The position numbers and the translations under genes were made by a program. Positions 1 to 9,213 of a stretch of 64,000 nt of DNA are shown here, piece after piece. How positions within the stretch are numbered: position 1 is the first letter of the stretch; every line of letters starts with the position of its first letter. The DNA is taken from positions 2,291,149 through 2,355,148 of the forward strand of contig NZ_CP101166.1 in the NCBI RefSeq assembly GCF_024298885.1, in the 5' to 3' direction. The notes beneath the pieces were generated by a model, which was given only the letters and a program-made list of their open reading frames with translations, searched no databases and was not told the origin of the DNA. This stretch comes from Haloglomus halophilum. Lineage in GTDB: Archaea > Halobacteriota > Halobacteria > Halobacteriales > Haloarculaceae.

Positions 1-44
1 ACTCACCCTGGATCGAGTCACGAAAGGACGCCGCCGCGCCGACG

Positions 45-536
45 GTGGCCGGTCTGCTGGCGCCCCTCAGCCCGGTCGGGAGTGCCCGGGCCGCGAAGGG
101 CGGCGGGGGCGGCGGCCGCGGGGCCACCGGTCGCGGGACCGGCGGTTTCGCCTCCGCGCCACGGACCAGCAAGGGCCGCGCCTGGTGGCACGGCGGCGAT
201 TACGCCGACGACTGGCGCGAGAACCACGAGGACGAGGTCGAGCGCTACCGCGCCACCGTCGCCGCCATCGGGGTCGCCTTCCTCGGCAGCGACGACCGCT
301 TCGAGGACGACCGCCCCGGCGCCGGCGAGGTCCCGTGGGACGAGGTGTATCAGGACCCCGAGCAGGCCAAGACCTACGAGATCTCCCGCGAGGGGTGGTA
401 CCGGGTCGGTGCGAACATGGTCGCCGCGGACGGGTCCACCGATTTCGGCTGGGAGTCGGTCGACATGGAGATCGACCGGACGGCGGGTGGCGACTTCGTC
501 GTCGACGAGAAGTGGAAGGTCTCGCCGCGCCTGTGA
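45..536 (+). CDS. hypothetical protein. The frame is open to the left window edge and the track start is a GTG, so it may be 5'-truncated
   Basis: 163-aa ORF with haloarchaeal acidic composition; no recognisable motif. Confidence 0.35.
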   Translation: MAGLLAPLSPVGSARAAKGGGGGGRGATGRGTGGFASAPRTSKGRAWWHGGDYADDWRENHEDEVERYRATVAAIGVAFLGSDDRFEDDRPGAGEVPWDEVYQDPEQAKTYEISREGWYRVGANMVAADGSTDFGWESVDMEIDRTAGGDFVVDEKWKVSPRL

Positions 537-591
537 CCGGCAGCGCACCGGCCCGCCCGTCGCTCCCCGCCGGTAGCTACTCGACGCCCAC

Positions 592-2469
592 ATGACCGAC
601 AGCCCCGCGCCGGCCGCCAGGCTCCCTGCGGTCGGTGTCCTGCACGCACTGACGTTCGTCGTCGCGTTCTGTAGCTTCGCGTACGAGCTCGTCTACGCCG
701 AGTTGCTGACGGTCGTCTTCGGCGGTACCGTCACCCAGTACGGGCTCACGGTCGGGCTGTTCTTCTCGTCGCTGGGCATCGGCTCGTTCGCCTCGCGGGC
801 GCTCGACGACGACCGGCCGGCGAACTTCCTCCGCGTGGAGTTCCTGCTCGCGCTGGTCGGCCCCGCCGGCTTCCTGTTCGTCCTGCTCGTGACGGCGAGC
901 GAGCCGCCGGCGTACCTCCCGTACGGGGTCGTCGAGGTCGCCGCCCGGCTGCCCGTGGTGGCCGTCGGCCTGCTGTCCGGGTTCGAACTCCCGCTCCTGA
1001 CCGCGCTGGTCGAGCGCGAGGCCACCGACGGTCGCCGGGCGGGTCCGCTCGCCCGGGTTCGCCAGCGCCTCCGGGCGGGGACCTACCGCGCCGCGGGCCT
1101 GCTGTTCCACGTCTCCCGTGACGAGGAGGCCGTCGAAGGCTACCCGACGGTGCTGGGGATGGACTACCTCGGCGGGCTGGCCGGGGCGCTCCTGTACGTC
1201 TTCTGGCTGTATCCCCGGTACGGGCTGGTGGCGACGGTGTTCGTGCTGGGGTTGCTGAACGGGCTGGCCGCGCTGGCGTTCGTCGCCCGGTTCAGCACCT
1301 GGAGCCCGTTCGTGGGCGGGGACGGGACGGGCACGGGCGGGGACGGAACCGGCACGGCCGACGAGAGTGCCGCGGCCGACGGCGGGCACCGCCGGCTCCG
1401 CAGCGAGGAGGCCCGGGCGCTGATACTCGCCACGCTCCTGCTCACCGCGACCTACGCCGGGGTCGTCCTCGCCGCCGACCGCGTCGAGGGCGAGGTGGAG
1501 ACGTTCTACTTCGCGAACCGCATCGAGGCGGAGTACCCCGACGGCACCATCGACGCCACCGTCTCGGCGGTCGAGCGGACCCGGTACCAGCGTATCGTCC
1601 GCTACGAGCGGACCTGGACCGGCACCGGCCCGAACCCGTACTTCGCGGGGGCGAGCGAGGAGTGCCTGCGGCTCGGGACCGCCGTCCAGCTCTGTGAGTC
1701 GTGGGCGGACTCCTACCACCAGGGGCTCGTCGACGTGCCGATGACGATGTACGAGAACGGGAGCGAGACGGAGGTGCTGTTGCTCGGCGGCGGCGACTGG
1801 ATCGCTGCCGACCACCTGCGCGCGTACAACGTCACCGTCGACCACGTCGACCTCGACGGGGAGTTCATGCAGCGGACGAGGAATCGCGAGTTCTACGCCC
1901 GCTACCACGACGACGCCTACGAGTACGACCGGCTGAACACGACGGTCGGCGACGCGTGGCGCTACCTCGGCGAGACCGACGAGACGTACGACCTCATCCT
2001 GCTCGACCTCCCCGGCGCCGAGGACGACGACCTGCTGCGGCTCTACTCGACGGAGTTCTACGACCGCCTCCGGACCCACCTCGAACCGGACGGCGTCGTC
2101 GGGACGTGGGTCTACTCCCGTTACGACCAGGCCCGCCACCACGCCGCCTACGTCGAGACCGTACGGGCGGCCGGTTTCGACCGCCACGTCGCCTACAGCG
2201 CCTGGGAGGACCTCGACGCCGACGGCGAGACCGAGCGCGTCGAGCGGTTCTACCTGCTCTCGCCGGACGACGGCCCCGCGTTCGACCCCGCCGCGGGAGG
2301 GGCCTACGTCCGCCGGCACGCCGACCGCTACCGCGGCCTGCAGTGGGAGCCGACCCCGTCCTACCGCGGCGTCCGACCGAACCGCGTCCTCCACCCGAAC
2401 TACGACATCCTCATCCGGCCGAACCTGCGCAACGAGGACCGACACACCGGGAGGTGGTTGCCGTGGTGA
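592..2469 (+). CDS. membrane-anchored spermidine synthase-like aminopropyltransferase (N-terminal multi-TM domain plus C-terminal PABS domain)
   Basis: N-terminal hydrophobic helices, then LLLGGGDWIAADHL...VDLDGEF...DLILLDLPGAEDD, which is typical of spermidine synthase family AdoMet/aminopropyl binding. Confidence 0.7.
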   Translation: MTDSPAPAARLPAVGVLHALTFVVAFCSFAYELVYAELLTVVFGGTVTQYGLTVGLFFSSLGIGSFASRALDDDRPANFLRVEFLLALVGPAGFLFVLLVTASEPPAYLPYGVVEVAARLPVVAVGLLSGFELPLLTALVEREATDGRRAGPLARVRQRLRAGTYRAAGLLFHVSRDEEAVEGYPTVLGMDYLGGLAGALLYVFWLYPRYGLVATVFVLGLLNGLAALAFVARFSTWSPFVGGDGTGTGGDGTGTADESAAADGGHRRLRSEEARALILATLLLTATYAGVVLAADRVEGEVETFYFANRIEAEYPDGTIDATVSAVERTRYQRIVRYERTWTGTGPNPYFAGASEECLRLGTAVQLCESWADSYHQGLVDVPMTMYENGSETEVLLLGGGDWIAADHLRAYNVTVDHVDLDGEFMQRTRNREFYARYHDDAYEYDRLNTTVGDAWRYLGETDETYDLILLDLPGAEDDDLLRLYSTEFYDRLRTHLEPDGVVGTWVYSRYDQARHHAAYVETVRAAGFDRHVAYSAWEDLDADGETERVERFYLLSPDDGPAFDPAAGGAYVRRHADRYRGLQWEPTPSYRGVRPNRVLHPNYDILIRPNLRNEDRHTGRWLPW

Positions 2470-3047
2470 GCGACGACCTGGCGGGCGAGTCGCTCGGCGG
2501 CACCGACGACGCGCCGGACCACACGCTGCTCCGGCTGGTGCATCTCTCGACCGCGCCCGACCTCCAGGCGATGGACGTGAAACGGCGGGCCGAGGGCCGG
2601 CTGCTCGACGCCCGCGCCGACGTGCGCGTCATCGGGAGCTCGCACTGTCTGAGCCTGCCCGATGCGGGCTTCCACGAGCTCTGCTCCTGCCGGGCCCTTC
2701 CGGAGCTGGGCGTCCACCCCCCCGAGGAGGCGGCCGAACCCGATGGCGGCGTCCCGACCACCGCGGCGGGCGAGCAGGGCGCCGTGTCGCCCCGCCGGAT
2801 TCCGCTCTCGCCCGGCGTCGAGCGGACCCTGACGACCACGACGGGCGAGGTGCGCGCCGCCACGACGGTCGAGGGGCTCGGGCTGGACGCGTTCCCCGCC
2901 GACCGCGACTTCGATGTCCGTTACCGGTTCGGTCCGGATGCCGTCACCGCCATCACGCTCGACGGCGACCGGTTCGAGACCTACCACACCTACCCGGAGT
3001 TCGACCTCGCGCTCCGCTCGGAGACGGTGCTGACCCGGCTGAAGTGA
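2466..3047 (+). CDS. hypothetical protein, translationally coupled to the upstream gene (GTGA start/stop overlap)
   Basis: GTG at 2466 overlaps the TGA of the 592-2469 gene; 193-aa ORF, the tail of track ORF 1701-3047. Confidence 0.45.
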   Translation: MSDDLAGESLGGTDDAPDHTLLRLVHLSTAPDLQAMDVKRRAEGRLLDARADVRVIGSSHCLSLPDAGFHELCSCRALPELGVHPPEEAAEPDGGVPTTAAGEQGAVSPRRIPLSPGVERTLTTTTGEVRAATTVEGLGLDAFPADRDFDVRYRFGPDAVTAITLDGDRFETYHTYPEFDLALRSETVLTRLK

Positions 3048-3087
3048 CCGGGGGATTCACGGCGAACGACGCTGAACGACTCCAGAT

Positions 3088-4053
3088 ATGACCGACGAAC
3101 CCGCGTGGGCGGACGGCCCGGAGGCGACACACTACGACGGGGACGTGACGCTGACGGGTGAGCCCGGTCCCGTCGTCGTGGAGGACCCTGCGGACACGTT
3201 CGTCCGGGCCGACGCCGTGACCGGCGACCTGAAACTGGTCGACGCGGAGTACGTCTTCACCGACACGCCGGTGGAGGGGGGGACGACCGTCGCCCAGCCG
3301 GAACTCCGGGTCGCGGGCGACGTCGAGGACGGCTACGTCGACCGGCGCGGCGTGGAGGGTGACGCCGTCATCGCCGACGCCGAGGACGTGTTCGTCGCCG
3401 GCCGGGCCGCCGGAACGCTGGACGTGACGGGCGCCGAGAGCGTCTTCCGGGCGAGCGGTGACCCGCCGGACACGAGCGGCTTCGAGTCGTTCGTCGGCTG
3501 GCGGCGCTCCGGGAACGTCGAGAACCCCGACGGCATCGTACTGGTCGGCGCCCGCCACGACGTGACCGTCTCCGGTGTCACCGGCGACCTGACCGTCTAC
3601 GTCGTCGGGCACGACCACCGCGTTCGCGTGGACGGGCCACGCGGGACCGATGCCGACGTGACCGTCCGGTTCGTCGGGTACGAGAACACCGTCCGGCTGG
3701 GGCCGTATCTGACCGTCGCCGACACCGTCGAGGGCGGCTACGACAACGTCGTCGACGCCGACCCGTTCCCGGTGAACGACCTCATCGAGACCAGCCACGA
3801 CGAGGCCTACGGGGTCGCCTCCTTCGGCCGCACGAAGGTGACCTACCAGGCAGAGGCCACCGAGGACTGGTGTCCCAACTGCGGTGCCGAGGCCGACGCC
3901 ATCATCGAGCGCCACCAGGAGGAGGTGTTCCTCCTGTTCGGCATCCCGGTGAAGACCTACGACGAGGGCGGCGTCTCCTACGAGTGCGAGGAGTGTGCGG
4001 TCCGGAACGACACGGCCCTCTCGGAGTCCGAGCGGCGGTCGGTGCTGCGCTGA
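3088..4053 (+). CDS. hypothetical repeat protein (beta-strand-rich VTGD/VAGD repeats, bactofilin/beta-solenoid-like) with a C-terminal CxxC...CxxC zinc ribbon
   Basis: Repeated motifs VTGDLKLVDAEYVF / RVAGDVEDGYVD / VSGVTGDLTVYVVG; C-terminal CPNCGAE...YECEECA. Confidence 0.55.
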   Translation: MTDEPAWADGPEATHYDGDVTLTGEPGPVVVEDPADTFVRADAVTGDLKLVDAEYVFTDTPVEGGTTVAQPELRVAGDVEDGYVDRRGVEGDAVIADAEDVFVAGRAAGTLDVTGAESVFRASGDPPDTSGFESFVGWRRSGNVENPDGIVLVGARHDVTVSGVTGDLTVYVVGHDHRVRVDGPRGTDADVTVRFVGYENTVRLGPYLTVADTVEGGYDNVVDADPFPVNDLIETSHDEAYGVASFGRTKVTYQAEATEDWCPNCGAEADAIIERHQEEVFLLFGIPVKTYDEGGVSYECEECAVRNDTALSESERRSVLR

Positions 4054-4069
4054 CGCCCGGTGACGGTCG

Positions 4070-4142
4070 CGCCGCCCGGACGACGACCCGCGCCGCCTGG
4101 ACGACGACCCGCGCCGCCTGGACGACGACCCGCGCCGCCCGG
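4070..4142. repeat. perfect tandem repeat, 21-bp unit GACGACGACCCGCGCCGCCTG x3 plus a partial unit
   Basis: Direct reading of 4079-4141: three units, the third differing by one base. Intergenic, immediately 3' of the 3088-4053 gene. Confidence 0.9.
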
Positions 4143-4217
4143 CGCTCGCTCGCGTCCGCCCGCTCTCGTCGCGCTCGGCCGGACGAACGGGGTCGAATCG
4201 GGGGAACGTATTAGTCG

Positions 4218-6614
4218 GTGAACGCACCAGTCCGTGCCATGTCCGACGAACAGGAGGCAGGTCCCGACCCCGACGCTGGCGGGGGTGGGGGGACGACACC
4301 CGAGGACGGCGACGGCTCGGTCGCCGATACGACTGCCGAGCCCCGCACCGACCCCGGCGACCTGCCCACCTACGACGACGTAGCGACCGCGCGGGAGGTG
4401 CTCCGCGCGTCCCCGGCCGAGCGCGACGAGCGCGGCCTCACCGACGACGACGTGCGGGCAGCGTTCCGGACGGTCATCGACGAGGGTGACCGGGAGGAGA
4501 AGGACCTCTCGGGGGTCACGCTCCCGGCCCTGGACCTCGATTACGAGGTCGTCGACGGGACGAACAAGCACCCAGTCGACCTCCGGGGGGCGACCGTCGA
4601 GAAGCTCAGCGCCGAGCGGGGAACCATCCGGATTCCCCTCCACCTCGAGGACGCCACCGTCGGCGATATCCAGCTGGAGGGCGCGCACGTCACGCAGGAC
4701 CTCATCCTCGACGACGCGACCGTCACCGGCGACGTGGACACGTTCGAGGCCGTGTTCGACGGCGACCTGGAGTGTCGCGGGACCACGTTCGAGGGCGCGG
4801 TCGAACTGGACGAGGGCTCGTTCCACGACGACGTGAGCTTCGACGAGGCGACGTTCGAATCAGGGTTCGCCGCCCGGAACGCGGAGTTCTTCGGCGAGTC
4901 CCATCTGCTGGACGACAGCACCAGCTTCGACGAGGCGACGTTCGCCGGCGAGGCGGACCTCCGGCACACGGACTTCGGCTACGCCCGGTTCGAGGGCGTG
5001 GCCTTCGAGAGCGACGCGACGTTCGAGGAGGCCGACTTCCGGGGCGATGTCGAGTTCGATGGCGCGACGTTCGGTGACGAGGCGGACTTCGACGAGATAC
5101 GCTTCGGCGGGGACGCCTCCTTCGCCGGCGTGACGTTCGGCGGCCTGGCGCACTTCCGTGGCTCCGTCTTCGAGGGCGGGGCCCGAGTGCTGGAGGCCGA
5201 TGCCGCCTTCCAGGACGTCTCCTTCGAGGGCGAGGCGGACTTCACCCGCGCCGGCTTCCGGGTGGCGGACTTCACGGGCACGTCGTTCGCCGGGCCGGCG
5301 ACGTTCACGGAGCTCGCGGCGAGCGACGACCTGACCCTCGCCGACTGCGAGTTCGACGCTGAACTCCACGCCGAGGAGGCGGTTCTCGACGGAGACGTGG
5401 ATGCCACGGGCGCGGCGTTCGCTGCGCCGGTCGTCTTCGAGGAGGCGGAGTTCGGCGACGACGCCTCCTTCGCCGACTGCCGGTTCGATGCGCTGGCGGA
5501 TTTCGACGAGGTGCTGTTCGACGGCGACACCACCTTCGAGGCCGCGACGTTCGAGGACGAGGCCGACTTCCGTGGGACCGAGTTCCTGGGTGACGCCAAC
5601 CACCTCGCCGACGGCATCTCGTTCGCGGACTGTCGGTTCGAGGCGCACACGGACTTCGACGACGCGGCGTTCACCTCCGCGGACTTCGGCGGCGTCACCT
5701 TCGGCGCGCCCGCGGATTTCACGGGCGCGACCTTCGACGACCGGCTCGTCTGCCTGGCCAGCGCGACCACCGCCGCGACGTATCTCGACTTCACCGACGC
5801 GAAGATCAAGCGCGGCCGCATCGTCCAGCCCGAATCCAGCTGGATCCACTACGACATGACCCGTGCCAGCCTGGGTGACGTGGCGCTGGATGCCGAGCGC
5901 GAGTCGGACCGCCGGGAGCTGCTGGACTACTTCCGATTCTGCAACACGGAGTTCGACGAGTTCGACGGCCTGGCCTTCGACTTCTCGGACCACACCGACT
6001 ACCTCGACCGCAACGAGTGGGTGCTCCACGACTTCACCGAGAACGACGCCGCCGACCACGAGTTCGCCGTCGAGATGACGCCGGGGGTGACCGAGACGAC
6101 CTACCTGAAGGCGAAGAACGCCGCCTCCGCGGCGGGGGAGATGAAGGCCGCCGGCGAGTTCCGCGTGAAGCGGCAGGCGTTCTCGCGCCGGAAGCACATC
6201 GACATCGCCAAGGACCCGAGCGTGAGCCTCGGCGCCAGGCTCCAGAACGCCGCGAGAGCCGCCGAGAACGGATTCCTCGGGCTCACCTGCGGCCACGGGA
6301 TGCGCCTGATGCGCATCGCGCTGGTCTTCCTGCTCGCGCCGCTCCTGTTCGTCCCCTTCTACACGTTCGGCGGCCCGGCGTTCGCCACCACCACCGGCCA
6401 GCTGGACTCGCTCTCCGAACTGGCGACCCCTGCCGGGCAGGAGGTGCTGCTCGGCAACATTCACCTCAGCTACATCTCCTACACCACCATCGGCTACGGG
6501 AACGAGGCGCCGACCGCTATCGCCGGGCGGCTGATGGCCAGCAGCGAGGCCTTCCTCAGCACCGTGCTCGCGGCGCTGGTCGTCTATGCGCTGGTCAAGC
6601 GCTCGGAGCTGTAG
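4218..6614 (+). CDS. pentapeptide-repeat beta-helix protein fused to a C-terminal 2-TM potassium-channel pore domain (TTIGYGN selectivity filter)
   Basis: About 350 residues of xxFxx pentapeptide repeats (ATFES/GFAAR/ADFRG...). C-terminus: TM1 LMRIALVFLLAPLLFVPFY, pore helix plus filter HLSYISYTTIGYGNEAPTAIAGRL, TM2 FLSTVLAALVVYALV. Aligns with the KcsA-type TVGYGD...GR pattern. Confidence 0.75.
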   Translation: MNAPVRAMSDEQEAGPDPDAGGGGGTTPEDGDGSVADTTAEPRTDPGDLPTYDDVATAREVLRASPAERDERGLTDDDVRAAFRTVIDEGDREEKDLSGVTLPALDLDYEVVDGTNKHPVDLRGATVEKLSAERGTIRIPLHLEDATVGDIQLEGAHVTQDLILDDATVTGDVDTFEAVFDGDLECRGTTFEGAVELDEGSFHDDVSFDEATFESGFAARNAEFFGESHLLDDSTSFDEATFAGEADLRHTDFGYARFEGVAFESDATFEEADFRGDVEFDGATFGDEADFDEIRFGGDASFAGVTFGGLAHFRGSVFEGGARVLEADAAFQDVSFEGEADFTRAGFRVADFTGTSFAGPATFTELAASDDLTLADCEFDAELHAEEAVLDGDVDATGAAFAAPVVFEEAEFGDDASFADCRFDALADFDEVLFDGDTTFEAATFEDEADFRGTEFLGDANHLADGISFADCRFEAHTDFDDAAFTSADFGGVTFGAPADFTGATFDDRLVCLASATTAATYLDFTDAKIKRGRIVQPESSWIHYDMTRASLGDVALDAERESDRRELLDYFRFCNTEFDEFDGLAFDFSDHTDYLDRNEWVLHDFTENDAADHEFAVEMTPGVTETTYLKAKNAASAAGEMKAAGEFRVKRQAFSRRKHIDIAKDPSVSLGARLQNAARAAENGFLGLTCGHGMRLMRIALVFLLAPLLFVPFYTFGGPAFATTTGQLDSLSELATPAGQEVLLGNIHLSYISYTTIGYGNEAPTAIAGRLMASSEAFLSTVLAALVVYALVKRSEL

Positions 6615-6897
6615 CGGCTCCAGCGGCTCGGGAGCGATGACGTCGAGGCCTCCCTCGTTGACGTCTACCCAGCCATCCAGCGCGCTGGTGACTCCCTCGT
6701 CCGGTGCCGGGACTCGGAGGCGGCCCTCGACTGCCCGAGCTTGGAGGACGAGCGGCGACGCCGGCGCGGCGTTGCGAGAGGCGTAGCCCCAGCGTTCGGC
6801 CCCGCTCCGCGGCACCCGCTCGCGAACCCGGTCCGATTTCGTGCTCGATGTTCCCCGAGTCGGAAGGACTTTCCCGCTCGCACGCCCCACTCCGTCC

Positions 6898-7074
6898 ATG
6901 AGCGAGTATACGGTCAGCGGGCGCTTCCAGGCCCGCGACGGCTGGCAGGAGTTCGAGACGAACGTCGAGGCGCCCAACGAGGACGTCGCCCGCGAGCGGA
7001 CGTACGCGAACGTCGGCTCCCGACACGGCAAGAAGCGCACGCAGGTGGAGCTCCAGGAGGTGCGTGCCGCATGA
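6898..7074 (+). CDS. rplX: 50S ribosomal protein LX (L18Ae/L20A family)
   Basis: 58-aa MSEYTVSGRFQARDGWQEFETNVEAPNEDVARERTYANVGSRHGKKRTQVELQEV, upstream of pfdA-ftsY as in other archaea. Internal ATG of track ORF 6841-7074. Confidence 0.7.
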   Translation: MSEYTVSGRFQARDGWQEFETNVEAPNEDVARERTYANVGSRHGKKRTQVELQEVRAA

Positions 7075-7547
7075 GCCTCGGTGGTGGCGGCGGCGGCGGC
7101 ATGGACCAGCTGCAGCAGCAACTCCAGGCGCTCGAACAGGAGAAGGAGGCCGTTCAGGAGGAGATCGAGGGTGTGCAGGCCGACAAGAGCGACATCGACG
7201 AGGCCATCAACGCGCTCGAGGAGCTCGAGACGAACGACACCGTGAAGGTGCCGCTCGGCGGCGACGCGTACGTCAGCGCCGAGCTCGGGAGCATCGAGGA
7301 GATCGTCGTCTCCATCGGCGGCGGCTTCGCCGCCGAGCGCGATCAGGAGGGTGCCATCGACACGCTCGAGAGCAAGAAGGACGTGCTCGACGAGCGCATC
7401 GCCGAGCTGGAGGCCGAGATCGACGAGATCGAGGAGCAGACCGAGCAGGTCGAGCAGAAGGCCCAGCAGGCACAGCAGCAGCAGATGCAGCAGATGATGC
7501 AGCAGCAACAGCAGATGGAGGGCGGCGAGGGCGACGAGGACGAGTGA
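7071..7547 (+). CDS. pfdA: prefoldin alpha subunit, with poly-Gly N-terminal and poly-Gln acidic C-terminal low-complexity tails
   Basis: Coiled-coil / beta-hairpin / coiled-coil pattern (LQALEQEKEAVQEEIEGVQ...VKVPLGGDAYVSAEL...LDERIAELEAEIDEIEEQ). ATGA overlap with rplX stop. Confidence 0.8.
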   Translation: MSLGGGGGGGMDQLQQQLQALEQEKEAVQEEIEGVQADKSDIDEAINALEELETNDTVKVPLGGDAYVSAELGSIEEIVVSIGGGFAAERDQEGAIDTLESKKDVLDERIAELEAEIDEIEEQTEQVEQKAQQAQQQQMQQMMQQQQQMEGGEGDEDE

Positions 7548-7551
7548 CGCG

Positions 7552-8817
7552 ATGTTCGACGGACTGAAGGAGAAACTCGGGAAGTTCCGCGACGACGCTG
7601 CCGAGGAGGCCGTCGAGGTCGAGGAGACCGACGAGGAGTCGGAAGCGGCGGCCGAGCCGGACGCGGCCGAGCCGGACGCGGCCGGGTCCGACGACACTCC
7701 CGAGTCCACCGAAGCCGAAACGGCGACCGACGCCGAGCCGGAGGCCGGCGCGGCCCCCGACGACGCCGCTGCGGACGAGAACGAGGGGCCCGACGCCGAC
7801 GCCGACGCCGAGGTCGCCGAGGCCGCTCCGGACGGCCAGTCCGAGTCCGAGCGCGAGAGCAACGTCCCCGACGCCCTCTCGCGCCGGACCGAGGAGGTGA
7901 CCGCCGGCTCCGCCGAGGAGACCGGCGGCGAGAGCCTCTTCGGCTCCGTCAAGCGCGCGGCGACGGGGAAGGCGCTCATCAAGCGCGAGGAGCTCCAGCG
8001 CCCGCTGGAGGAGCTGGAGATGGCGCTCATCCAGGGTGACGTGGAGATGAGCGTCGCCCAGGCCATCACCGACCGCATCGAGGAGAAGCTGGTCGGGCAG
8101 ACCCGGGCGCAGGTCCAGACCGGCGAGATCGTCGTTCAGCGGGCCATCGGCGACGCGCTCCGGGACGTCATCAGCGTCGGCCAGTTCGACTTCGACCAGC
8201 GCATCCAGGAGGCCGAGAAGCCCGTCACCATCATCTTCACCGGCGTCAACGGCGTCGGGAAGACCACCACCATCGCGAAGCTCGCGCGGCGGTTCCAGAA
8301 CCAGGGACTGACGCCCGTCATCGCGAACGGCGACACCTACCGCGCCGGCGCGAACGAGCAGATCGAGGAGCACGCCGAGGCGCTCGACGCGAAGATCATC
8401 ACCCACCAGCAGGGCGGTGACCCGGCGGCGGTCATCTACGACGCCGTCGAGTACGCCGAGGCCAACGACGCCGACGTGGTGCTGGGCGACACTGCGGGTC
8501 GGCTCCACACCTCGAACGACCTGATGGCCCAGCTGGAGAAGATCGACCGCGTCGTCGACCCAGACATGACCATCTTCGTCGACGAGGCCGTCGCCGGCCA
8601 GGACGCGACCCAGCGCGCGAAACAGTTCAACGACGCTGCCGAGATCGACGGCGTCGTGCTGACGAAGGCCGACGCCGACTCGCAGGGCGGGGCGGCCGTC
8701 TCCATCGCCCACGTCACGGGCAAGCCCATCCTCTTCCTCGGGGTCGGACAGGGGTACGAGGACCTCGAACGGTTCGACCCGGACGTCATCGTCGACCGCA
8801 TCGTCGGCGAGGAGTGA
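7552..8817 (+). CDS. ftsY: signal recognition particle receptor FtsY (acidic N-terminal domain plus NG domain)
   Basis: IIFTGVNGVGKTTTIAKLA (G1), DTAGRLH (G3), TKADADSQGG (G4). Confidence 0.9.
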   Translation: MFDGLKEKLGKFRDDAAEEAVEVEETDEESEAAAEPDAAEPDAAGSDDTPESTEAETATDAEPEAGAAPDDAAADENEGPDADADAEVAEAAPDGQSESERESNVPDALSRRTEEVTAGSAEETGGESLFGSVKRAATGKALIKREELQRPLEELEMALIQGDVEMSVAQAITDRIEEKLVGQTRAQVQTGEIVVQRAIGDALRDVISVGQFDFDQRIQEAEKPVTIIFTGVNGVGKTTTIAKLARRFQNQGLTPVIANGDTYRAGANEQIEEHAEALDAKIITHQQGGDPAAVIYDAVEYAEANDADVVLGDTAGRLHTSNDLMAQLEKIDRVVDPDMTIFVDEAVAGQDATQRAKQFNDAAEIDGVVLTKADADSQGGAAVSIAHVTGKPILFLGVGQGYEDLERFDPDVIVDRIVGEE

Positions 8818-8820
8818 AGC

Positions 8821-8832
8821 CGGTTTTTCCAT
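8821..8832 (+). terminator. T5 tract immediately after the ftsY stop, a candidate archaeal oligo-T terminator
   Basis: agcCGGTTTTTCC follows TGA at 8815-8817; it opens a 150-bp AT-rich island in a GC-rich genome. Confidence 0.4.
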
Positions 8833-8968
8833 CCTCTCCGTGATATCTGTGGGATAACTATACCTTTAGAATTATTCCGTTCCTATATCATCTCTACAAT
8901 CTATATTTTGTTCTCCGTCGGATATATACTTCCGATAGCGGCTCCCTCTCGGCGAAACGCCTACAGGG

Positions 8969-9193
8969 ATGAATTCAGTACGAATTCATATGAGCCGCAC
9001 CTCCATCCCGGTCGATGCTGCGACCAAGGAGCGACTCGACCGGCTGAAGCGGGACGTCGAGACGTGGGACGAGTTCCTGCGGCGAGTCACTGCCACAGCC
9101 GCCGGTGAGTCGATGGAGGCCGGCGTCTGGTCCGACGAGACGGCCGAGCGTGCTCGGGAGGCTATCCGGGAGTCTCGAGAGAACTGGAGATGA
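8969..9193 (+). CDS. small hypothetical protein, ribbon-helix-helix / antitoxin-like N-terminus
   Basis: SIPVDAATKERLDRLKRDVETWDEFLRRV resembles CopG/VapB-type RHH openings; the start may be the internal MSRTSIPV; no partner toxin gene adjacent. Confidence 0.4.
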   Translation: MNSVRIHMSRTSIPVDAATKERLDRLKRDVETWDEFLRRVTATAAGESMEAGVWSDETAERAREAIRESRENWR

Positions 9194-9213
9194 GGCGTTT
9201 CGAGGACGGACTG

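Noticed and set aside
7080-7110. GGTGGTGGCGGCGGCGGCGGC simple repeat
   Set aside because: It lies inside pfdA and encodes the poly-Gly N-terminal tail, so it is a coding low-complexity tract rather than a separate element.
577-8078. Very long antisense ORFs (577-2445 minus, 622 aa; 4860-8078 minus, 1072 aa; 7273-8832 minus, 519 aa)
   Set aside because: Arg/Gly/Ala/Pro-rich translations typical of shadow frames in high-GC DNA. They lie opposite well-supported genes (spermidine-synthase-like, pentapeptide channel, pfdA, ftsY) and show no recognisable domains.
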